A DNA stretch of 64,000 nt, from contig JAHLWH010000192.1 in NCBI GenBank assembly GCA_019058015.1, forward strand, positions 302 through 64,301. The letters run 5' to 3'. The first letter of the stretch is position 1, and each line of letters starts with the position of its first letter. Both the position numbers and the translations under genes were made by a program. This DNA comes from Promethearchaeota archaeon. Lineage in GTDB: Archaea; Asgardarchaeota; Lokiarchaeia; Sigyniarchaeales; SOKP01. Shown piece after piece: positions 10,390 through 17,662 of the stretch. The notes beneath the pieces were generated by a model. The model had not been told where the DNA came from and did not search any database. It saw only the letters and a program-made list of their open reading frames with translations.

Positions 10390-10590
10390 AGTCTCTATGA
10401 AGTATAAAGAATGTGGTGCAACTCCACGCTCACTTCCGCTCAATGTTGCTTTATGGCTATCATAGTTAGGGGAGCAAAAAGAGTCTTCATACCGAGGGAA
10501 GCAATTGGTTAGAGTAGATATAGCATACGCAGTGGAAAAGCAGTCCCAAAAGCTTCGGTAGATGGGATAGAGGGCATAGGGTTATGCCCA
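10390..10590 (+). ncRNA. Candidate structured ncRNA (unclassified)
   Basis: A ~200-nt island visibly GC-richer than its AT-rich intergenic surroundings, with no ORF above ~35 aa on either strand. Nested helices: UCCCA[AAA GC-UUCG-GU AGA]UGGGA, and the terminal hairpin GGGCAUA-GGGU-UAUGCCC followed by a U-rich tract. Strand choice is weak (UUCG loop plus downstream U-run). Confidence 0.3.
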
Positions 10591-10777
10591 TATTGTGTTA
10601 TTATTTAATAAAATGGATAACAGAATTAAACAAGATTAGTTAGGTTTTACTAGTCTTGATAACCTGGGAACTCTCAAAAATCATAAAAATCTATATTTAA
10701 ATTTCAAAAATGATGTTGAAAATCGTACAATTTCAAATCCTTCTCGCGCGGAATTATACTTCCTTTCAGCTTTTCAT

Positions 10778-10963
10778 TTGATCGAAAGCTGTACTGCAAA
10801 ATTTAAAGTACATATAAACAAACATCAAAGAGTAAGAAAAGTTTTAGAAAGGAATCATGAAATTTTTAAAGATAATACTGAAGCAATTTGGCGTTTATTT
10901 CATAGATTAGAGAATCAAATTCGACCAAAATTATGCCTAAAGGTTTTAGAAAATGAATCTTAG
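10778..10963 (+). CDS. Small ORF overlapping the downstream nucleotidyltransferase start; tentative HEPN-like partner
   Basis: 61-aa track ORF (TTG start). The same frame stays open back to 10640 ('...NPSRAELYFLSAFHLIESC...') without a canonical start. Its stop overlaps the ATG of the NTase gene. The helical, R/H-containing sequence fits a HEPN-type partner but is not diagnostic. Confidence 0.3.
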   Translation: MIESCTAKFKVHINKHQRVRKVLERNHEIFKDNTEAIWRLFHRLENQIRPKLCLKVLENES

Positions 10964-11639
10964 ATTAGAAGAAGAAAATATTAAATTCATTAAAAAAAAC
11001 GAAGAACAAGAAAAATTAATAAAATATATTAAAAATTTTATAAAAAAAAATCAATCTAAATTTAAAAATATTGATTCCATATTAGTTTTTGGTTCTTTAA
11101 CTTCTGGAACTTTTACTGATGAGAGTGATATTGATATTTGTATATTTTTAAAAAAAAATACTCCGAAAGCTATAGAAAATAATATATTTAGTAATTTTTT
11201 AGATTTAGAAAAAAAAATAGATCGATTAGTCCAGTGTATTTTTATTTATCCTGAAGAAATTGAAAATTGGGATTCAAATTTTATTGAAAATATTTTAGCT
11301 GAAGGTCGTCTAATATATGGAACTTCGAATTTTTTGGAGATTCCCTTTAAAACTTTGAAATTAAAACCATTTTTAATTATAAAATTCAATTTAAGAGAAT
11401 TGGATAAATCAATTAAAATGAAAATAAAAAGAATGTTGTATGGTTATCAAACTAAAAAGAGATATTTTAAAAAAGTATATCAATATCAAAAAGATGGATT
11501 AGTACAAGAAATAAAAGGATTTAAATTGGGGCGAGGAGCTTTTCTTATTCCTGAAAAATATTTGTGGTTAATAGAGAACAAATTTATGGAATATAATGTA
11601 AACTTTACTCACTTCCGTGTATGGCTTCAAGAAGAATAA
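10953..11639 (+). CDS. Nucleotidyltransferase-domain protein (MNT/Pol-beta superfamily) with extra C-terminal domain
   Basis: 'ILVFGSLTSGTFTDESDIDICIF' is the G-S ... DxD minimal nucleotidyltransferase signature. 228 aa. Confidence 0.7.
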   Translation: MNLRLEEENIKFIKKNEEQEKLIKYIKNFIKKNQSKFKNIDSILVFGSLTSGTFTDESDIDICIFLKKNTPKAIENNIFSNFLDLEKKIDRLVQCIFIYPEEIENWDSNFIENILAEGRLIYGTSNFLEIPFKTLKLKPFLIIKFNLRELDKSIKMKIKRMLYGYQTKKRYFKKVYQYQKDGLVQEIKGFKLGRGAFLIPEKYLWLIENKFMEYNVNFTHFRVWLQEE

Positions 11640-11651
11640 AATGATACCTAT

Positions 11652-11717
11652 ATGTCCGAAGAAGATAAATACAGCAAAAGTATGAAGCAAATAAAATCAG
11701 AATTAAAAACCAATACT
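11652..11717 (+). pseudogene. Orphan 5' fragment duplicating the start of the Roadblock-like gene at 17114
   Basis: 'atgtccgaagaagataaatacagcaaaagtatgaagcaaataaaatcagaattaaaaaccaatact' aligns base-for-base, with a few substitutions, to 17114-17179. Confidence 0.65.
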
Positions 11718-11978
11718 GTTTATTTTTTTAATATTTATATTGTTTTAACTGTTTATCAAAAACTTATAAAAATTTATAAAACACACAACTAATTCCATGA
11801 ATTAACCTTAAGGCTGGTCTTTCCAAAAGCGGAAAGATTGAGGATTGGAATAAATTTTGGAATTTTATAGAAATTACCAAATTTTTATAAACAATTAGAA
11901 GGTTGCTCTTTGTAGATTTTGAAAATATTTCTTGAAAAGGTAAAATGAAGAAGAAAAGGTAATAAATCAATTTTAAGA

Positions 11979-12475
11979 TTAGTTTATTATCAGCTTATGT
12001 TCTTTTAGCACTTTAATAGGTTTTTTATACCCAAATTTATCATATAATTCTGGTTTTAATTTTTTCATTGTTAATTGATATGTTTTTTCATTTTTTTCAG
12101 ATTTAAAAAAAAGCATATCATTTTTAACAAAGAGAAGGCTTGCGTAATATTCTAATAACTCTCTATCTCTGATTAAAGGAGTTAAGAACTCATTTGCTCG
12201 TTCTAGTATTTCCTTATCTCTATCATCAAGTGTGTAATCACTTTTTTCTCCAGAATTTAAAAAACTATCTATTTGATAATAAATATCAGCTAATTAGGAG
12301 GAATAAGGCCCATACTTATACCAATTAAATCGACTTTGAAATTTCAATCCAAATTTTTTTAGTATATAGAAAACTTTTTGAATTATAATTCTGTTAGTAA
12401 TCGTTGAAATATTAGAGTTAATTCCAAGATATTGCAAATTTGAATAAATCGTTCAATATCTTTTTTTATATACAT
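11979..12475 (-). pseudogene. Disrupted ORF (frameshift plus in-frame TAA), possibly Panacea/SocA-like
   Basis: My manual minus-strand translation gives 'MYIKKDIERFIQICNILELT...' and then, in another frame, '...KVFYILKKFGLKFQSRFNWYKYGPYSS*LADIYYQIDSFLNSGEKSDYTLDDRDKEILERANEF...KVLKEHKLIIN*'. The 'W.YGPYS' region recalls DUF4065/Panacea domains. Confidence 0.4.
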
Positions 12476-12620
12476 GCCTATACAATATTATTTTTTGATC
12501 TTAATAATATATTCTCATTATATTATTTAAATTCTAGAGTTGCTAAAATTAGTAATTTCATTTATTAATTTTAATATTCATATATTGATAATATAAGATT
12601 AATACATTAAACGTTTATAA

Positions 12621-12658
12621 ATAAATTTCGTATAATTTCGTATAATTTCGTATAATTT
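12621..12658. repeat. 10-bp tandem repeat (tataatttcg x ~3.5)
   Basis: Read directly: 'ataaatttcg tataatttcg tataatttcg tataattt'. Confidence 0.85.
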
Positions 12659-12687
12659 TCACCACAGTGTTATAATCTACGTTCCAT

Positions 12688-12993
12688 TCAATAGCAATAT
12701 TTAAGGGCAGAATAAATTCCAAGTAATGGTCCTCGATTTCTTTTGGTATTTAACTTATCATCCGTATCATCTAATATGAATGAAAGATTATCAAATTGTT
12801 TGAGGGCATCTTTATATTTTTGAATTTGGTTTTCATCATGAGCTGAGAGAAAAATCTTTTTGCTGAATTTTTCCAGTATCCCAACTTGATATTCAATAAA
12901 AGATTTACCAGATATTTTCATTAACCCTTTATCTATACCAAATCGTTTACTCATTCCACCAATTAAAATTATAAAAGCAATTTCTTTACTCAA
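12688..12993 (-). pseudogene. Truncated MobA-like nucleotidyltransferase (N-terminal half only)
   Basis: 'AFIILIGGMSKRFGIDKGLMKISGKSFIE' and '...GPLLGIYSAL' match the N-terminal half of MobA/NTP_transf_3 proteins. The ORF stops at 101 aa, about half the normal length, and has no continuation downstream. Confidence 0.55.
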
Positions 12994-13031
12994 TCTGTTT
13001 ATATCCTTTAATATTTTATTAAATTCTTCTA

Positions 13032-13964
13032 TTAATATAATGGAAAGAAAAGGATGGTAATGGAAAGAATTATTCCTATTAATATAGTAATTATTACATA
13101 GGTGATTATGTAGAATTTTTTCCTCTCATCTTTTTGTTTTTCAATAAATATTCCAACAACAAAAGCATAAAAAAGCCATTGAGAAAATTGAAACATTTTC
13201 CAAAATACAATTATAATGAGTCTTATTAGGTTTATTAAATCAAGTTCTGAAGGAAGATCACAACCAAAAAATCCTAAATTATTCAGCCATTGATACAGAT
13301 AATTTGGGATAATGAAATAAGGAATCATTATACATATGAACGGAAATATGTAGTAAAGAAATAAATCTTTAACTCTAATTTCCTTATTGATTAATATAGC
13401 AAGTAAGTAAATAATTGCATTAATTTTGAAAATCGCCAGGAAAAAATAAATTGATGCAACTCCTTTTTTTTCTTTTAATAACATTCGATATGATTGGAAT
13501 AAGAAAAAAAGTATCAGAAAATTTGCGTTGTTGAGAAATTGATCAAAATAAAAGGCAATAATTGTAAATGCAAGCCAAAAAAAGTAGTTTTTATCATTTT
13601 TTATAATCTCATCAATCTTAAAAAGAACATAAAAAATTACAGTTAATCTAAGCCCATCCCAAATAAAAAATCCAATCTCGTTAGGCAATAATGTGAGCGG
13701 ATAAAAATAAAAAAACCAGTAGTAAAGATAAGGACAATATGCATCATTTGTATTATCATATAAGTTAAAAAAACCATTTTCAATCATATCAACCCATAGG
13801 AGATAGTCTCCATCAACTAACTCAAAAAGAGAAGGAGTAATCATATGAAGAATTCTGAAGATTACTATCATTATATAAAGTATGATTATAAGAATGATAC
13901 TTAATTTTCTTAGCTGTTTTCGATTTAACATCATAATGATATGATCTTGATATTTGGCAATCAA
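13032..13964 (-). CDS. Polytopic membrane protein (DUF2029/GT87-like, tentative)
   Basis: 310 aa, rich in aromatic residues, with ~8-9 hydrophobic helices. The family assignment is by general resemblance only. Confidence 0.35.
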   Translation of the reverse strand: MIAKYQDHIIMMLNRKQLRKLSIILIIILYIMIVIFRILHMITPSLFELVDGDYLLWVDMIENGFFNLYDNTNDAYCPYLYYWFFYFYPLTLLPNEIGFFIWDGLRLTVIFYVLFKIDEIIKNDKNYFFWLAFTIIAFYFDQFLNNANFLILFFLFQSYRMLLKEKKGVASIYFFLAIFKINAIIYLLAILINKEIRVKDLFLYYIFPFICIMIPYFIIPNYLYQWLNNLGFFGCDLPSELDLINLIRLIIIVFWKMFQFSQWLFYAFVVGIFIEKQKDERKKFYIITYVIITILIGIILSITILFFPLY

Positions 13965-14118
13965 TAGTGAATTTTATTTATGCCTTTCTGTAAAAATATA
14001 TTCGCTAAGATTGAATTATTTATAACGCTTAAATAATTACGTATGCTTTAAGATTTTTTCTTCATATCACCCGGATATTATATACCCTTAAATAAAATTT
14101 TTATATGCTCTTAGAAGT

Positions 14119-14622
14119 ATGGAAAAACTTCAAATATTAAGGAGTTCTCCTAACTACGACGAGTTGGTCAAATTATATAAAAAGGAGAAAAATTTTAAGC
14201 TGAAGGAGCGATACCACGCTCTCTTTTTGATGTACGAGCTTAAAAATTGCACTAAAGTTGCAAAATTGCTCAAAAGATCCCGAAGGACGATTCAATTATG
14301 GGTAACTGTGTTTAATGAGGGAGGTATAAACGCGTCAATTCTAAATACGCCTCCCGGACGCCCATCAAGGCTTTCAAAAAGTCAAATAGAAGAATTAAAA
14401 GCGGATATTCTAACGCATCCTCGTAATTTAGGGTACGAGTTTAGCAATTGGGAGGGGAAGAGCGTATCTTACCACATTAAAAAGAAATTTGACGTGGAAC
14501 TTAAAGTGCGCCAATGCCAAAACCTTCTTCATAAAATGGGTCTCACGCTCCAGCGCCCGAAATACAAGTTTCCAAAAGCCGATCCGGAGAAACAAAAGGA
14601 GTTTGTGAAGGAATATTTTTAA
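14119..14622 (+). mobile_element. IS630/Tc1-mariner-type transposase, N-terminal DNA-binding half only
   Basis: '...ERYHALFLMYELKNCTKVAKLLKRSRRTIQLWVTVFNEGGI...GRPSRLSKSQIEELKADI...WEGKSVSYHIKKKFDVELKVRQCQNLLHKMGLTLQRPK' is the paired HTH region of IS630 transposases. No DDE domain follows. The gene is visibly GC-richer than its flanks. Confidence 0.7.
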
Positions 14623-14658
14623 TAATTTAATCACATATATAAAGAAATTATAAATTTA

Positions 14659-14770
14659 TTATAACAAGTGCAATTCCTAAACTCATGCATTAAAAAGAGA
14701 GTTTGATACCGCTCCTTGAATTTAGGATTTTTTCCATTTTGTATAACTCTACTAATTTTTCATAATTAGA
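14659..14770 (-). pseudogene. Second, inverted IS630-type transposase N-terminal fragment
   Basis: My minus-strand translation 'EGLSNYEKLVELYKMEKNPKFKERYQTLFLMHEFRNCTCYNKF' parallels 'SSPNYDELVKLYKKEKNFKLKERYHALFLMYELKNCTKVAKL' of the 14119 ORF. Confidence 0.5.
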
Positions 14771-14783
14771 GAGTCCCTCAAAA

Positions 14784-14972
14784 ACTAAAAAGAGATATTT
14801 TAAAAAAGTATATCATTATCAAAAAGAGGGAATAATACAAGAATTAAAAGGATTTAAATTAGGCCGCGGAGCTTTTCTTATTCCTGAAAAATATTTGTGG
14901 TTAATAGAGAGCAAATTTATGGGATATAATATAAATTTTACTCACTTCTGTGTTTGGCTTCAAGAAGAATAA
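14784..14972 (+). pseudogene. 3' fragment duplicating the end of the nucleotidyltransferase gene at 10953-11639
   Basis: 14784-14972 aligns to 11451-11639 with scattered substitutions, including the stop and the following 'aaaat'. No 5' part of the gene is present. Confidence 0.75.
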
Positions 14973-15005
14973 AATATATACTATATTTACTAAAATTAGG
15001 AAATT

Positions 15006-15797
15006 CTAGTAAAAAAATTCATAGTTTGGATAAAAATCCTCTATTTTTTTCTTAATTAAGGTAAATTCATCACCTACAATTTTAATAATTTTTGGTATTT
15101 TTCCTACCTGTCCTACTTTTTCCTCCCTACTAATAAAAGCTCCGAATATTCCTTCGAGATCATCCACAAGATCTAAACCCTTTTTTATTGACTTTTCAAT
15201 ATCAGAGCCTTTTACGGCATTAGCAATTTTTGTAGCAGCACCATCAGCAAGAGTGGCATTTTTTGCGAAGATAGTAACGATATCAGATTCTCCGAAACTA
15301 ATTGCATGACCAATTTTAGCGGAGCTTGAACCAATGCCAGAAGGAGAATCATTTTTAGTTATAAGGAAACCTAATTTTCCACCCAGTAGATTTTTTCCTG
15401 CATATAATCCAACTTTAATGGATTCTTTAGCATTAATTGATATTTCTCCCCCATTTTCAACAACTGCTATCTTCAATGGGAACAATCCCTCATTCATTTT
15501 CATTTTTTTTACCATTATATCAGCAAGAGCGCCAGCAACTGTAGCCATCGGACCAACATCGCATATTGCTGAATATTTAACCATAAGTCTAATAATTTCA
15601 GAAGGATTTTTGACTTTTATTGGTGAAAGAGATTTTAAAAAAATCTCATTTTTATACACAAATTTCTCAAGAATCGTTCTATGTTTATAAAAAGATTTAA
15701 TAGCTAATTTAATTGCCTTTTTTGACTCAGAGATTATAGTGACATCTGATTCCTTTTCAATGAAGTGATACGAGAATTTATTCATTAAAAATACCAT
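15006..15797 (-). CDS. UPF0280-family protein (ApbE-like fold)
   Basis: 'CDVGPMATVAGALADIM', 'ENGGEISI', 'GIGSSSAKIGHAISFGESDIVTIFAKNATLADGAATKIAN' follow the pattern I recall for archaeal UPF0280 proteins. Confidence 0.5.
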   Translation of the reverse strand: MVFLMNKFSYHFIEKESDVTIISESKKAIKLAIKSFYKHRTILEKFVYKNEIFLKSLSPIKVKNPSEIIRLMVKYSAICDVGPMATVAGALADIMVKKMKMNEGLFPLKIAVVENGGEISINAKESIKVGLYAGKNLLGGKLGFLITKNDSPSGIGSSSAKIGHAISFGESDIVTIFAKNATLADGAATKIANAVKGSDIEKSIKKGLDLVDDLEGIFGAFISREEKVGQVGKIPKIIKIVGDEFTLIKKKIEDFYPNYEFFY

Positions 15798-16014
15798 CTT
15801 TTAAATATGTATCCATACAAAGATTTATTTTATTAGATAACTCCATTCGTTTCTTTTATTATTTAATTTTATTAAGGTTATTAAAAATTTCTAAATCAAA
15901 AAAAAATAATTTCTATTAAATAAATAATCATTATAATAAAATAACAATGAAAGAAGAATTTTAATAAAAGAATGAGTATTACCGAACAGATTCAATTAAA
16001 AATCATCGTTAGAA

Positions 16015-16437
16015 TTATCCTATTTTGGCAATCCAAGATGAATTCCCTTTGATGATTTTGTACTTGTTGAATATTTTCTTATGAATTTTTTTTAAAAAAG
16101 AAAAATATTTTTTTCCAAATAAAGGTTTTCCCTCTTCCATTGCAAATAAGGTTGTACAATGCCGGTTTTCGATCATATTGATGAATTCATCGGGAGTAAA
16201 ACCGATAGGGTCAATAGGGTCAAGAGTCTCGATCAAGTCATAAAGCAATTTTGCCCTTTCATAATAATTTTTAGGTAATTTCGAAGATATCACGATTAAA
16301 TCAACATCGCTTCGCTCGTTAAAATCCCCTCTTGCCAAAGATCCATATAAAATAATGCATTTGGGATTTAATTTTTTAATAATATTTTCACAAAATTTTT
16401 TAATGCCATAATTAATAGTTTTTAAGGAAGTATTCAT
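16015..16437 (-). CDS. Minimal nucleotidyltransferase (MNT), TA-module component
   Basis: 'IILYGSLARGDFNERSDVDLIVIS' is the GS...DxD motif. 140 aa. Its start overlaps the stop of the upstream HEPN gene by 4 nt. Confidence 0.8.
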   Translation of the reverse strand: MNTSLKTINYGIKKFCENIIKKLNPKCIILYGSLARGDFNERSDVDLIVISSKLPKNYYERAKLLYDLIETLDPIDPIGFTPDEFINMIENRHCTTLFAMEEGKPLFGKKYFSFLKKIHKKIFNKYKIIKGNSSWIAKIG

Positions 16438-16829
16438 TTTTTAATACCTTTAATAAAATTAATTATTATTGACGCATTATTTAAAGCCTCTTCAGCAATA
16501 ACTTCATCATGATATTCGAATGGTGACCCTGTGGAATATGCATTTGGATATCGAGAGGGAATGTAATGTAAATCTAACTTTTTACAAGCAGTTAATATTG
16601 AAGAAACATTAATATCATGATTTTTTAGGTCGCTAGTTAATTTTGTTAAAGAGTGACCAAAAGGAGTTGATCCTAAACCATATAAAAGCGCTTTTAATGA
16701 AAACTCAGCTGCTTGTTGACATTTAAAACAGCTCCAATTGAAAAATCCATTTTTCTTATCTATTTCTGCTGATTTTAATGTATTGTCTGCTTCATTCATC
16801 CATCTATTATATTCATTATTATCAAACAT
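16434..16829 (-). CDS. HEPN-domain protein, partner of the MNT
   Basis: 131-aa helical protein ('AEFSLKALLYGLG...GHSL', 'HYIPSRYPNAY'). Translationally coupled to the MNT gene. Confidence 0.7.
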   Translation of the reverse strand: MFDNNEYNRWMNEADNTLKSAEIDKKNGFFNWSCFKCQQAAEFSLKALLYGLGSTPFGHSLTKLTSDLKNHDINVSSILTACKKLDLHYIPSRYPNAYSTGSPFEYHDEVIAEEALNNASIIINFIKGIKK

Positions 16830-17113
16830 TATTATTCATCAAATATAATAATTTTAAATTAGATTTTTAATAATACAGAAAAAATTCCTAATAATTTTGT
16901 GTATAAAAGTATTACAACCTTCTAATTATTTATAAATTTTTAAAGAACAGTGTAACAATAAAAATGAAAATTATAATAAAAAATTTGATTAGTTTGTAGA
17001 AAGAGAAACGACATTTTGTAAAAAAATTTATAACATTATATTTACATGATTTAGGTATAAGGGTAAATTATTTTTATCGCTTATATTTCAATATTCCACA
17101 GAATGATTCCCAG

Positions 17114-17608
17114 ATGTCCGAAGAAGATAAATATAGCAAAATTGTAAAACAAATTAAATCAGAATTGAAAACCAATACATTAATCGCAAATAAATATGGT
17201 GTAATATTAGGTTCTGAAATTGAAGATTTGCATAAAGGAAAAATTATTCCGCCAGAAATTTCGGATTTGATAAATCAGAGAGCGATATTCGCTAAAAGTC
17301 TTAAATTGAAAAATATAGATTCAATAACTTTAGAAAGCGAAAAATGCTTTTTCTTAATCACTAAAACTAGTGAATTAATTTTACTAGCGCAGTTAAAAAA
17401 AAGTGTAGATTTATCACAACTTATTCCAAGTGTAAAAAAGTTTCTCGAAAAATTAGCAAAAGGTATTTCAAAAAAATTTGAAATTGATGAATTCACAAAA
17501 TTTGAATTCATAAAAGAAATAATTAAGTTAGATGATTCATTAAAAACAGATGAAGATAGACAACAGAAATTTAATATTATTAAAGATTTAATTAAGTACA
17601 TTTCATAA
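17114..17608 (+). CDS. Roadblock/LC7 (MglB-like) domain protein
   Basis: 164 aa. 'LIANKYGVILGSE' ... 'ITLESEKCFFLITKTSELILLAQL' follows the roadblock alpha-beta-alpha pattern (compare MglB). It sits directly upstream of a small-GTPase gene. Confidence 0.55.
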   Translation: MSEEDKYSKIVKQIKSELKTNTLIANKYGVILGSEIEDLHKGKIIPPEISDLINQRAIFAKSLKLKNIDSITLESEKCFFLITKTSELILLAQLKKSVDLSQLIPSVKKFLEKLAKGISKKFEIDEFTKFEFIKEIIKLDDSLKTDEDRQQKFNIIKDLIKYIS

Positions 17609-17662
17609 ATTATTATAAATAAATTTAAAACGTGTATTAGGAGTTTAAGATTTAATATTTAG

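Noticed and set aside
10390-10590. Naming the GC-rich island as RNase P RNA, SRP RNA or a tRNA half
   Set aside because: I could not find the RNase P CR-I 'GAGGAAAGUCC', the SRP helix-8 'GGAA...AGCA' apex or a complete tRNA arm set; only generic hairpins are present. It is kept as an unclassified candidate.
11764-11970. 68-aa minus-strand ORF in the inserted block
   Set aside because: It has Phe/Ile/Leu-rich low-complexity translation, no start context and no motif, and it overlaps the 22-nt inverted-match site. It is likely non-coding.
12621-12658. Tandem 10-bp repeat considered as a possible CRISPR or minisatellite
   Set aside because: The units are contiguous with no spacers and far too short for CRISPR repeats. 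No CRISPR-like array exists anywhere in the window.
14428-14634. 68-aa minus-strand ORF overlapping the end of the IS630 transposase fragment
   Set aside because: It is antisense to the recognisable HTH-domain frame and has no motif.
15334-15690. 118-aa plus-strand ORF opposite the UPF0280 gene
   Set aside because: Shadow ORF antisense to a gene with recognisable conserved motifs; it has no motif of its own.
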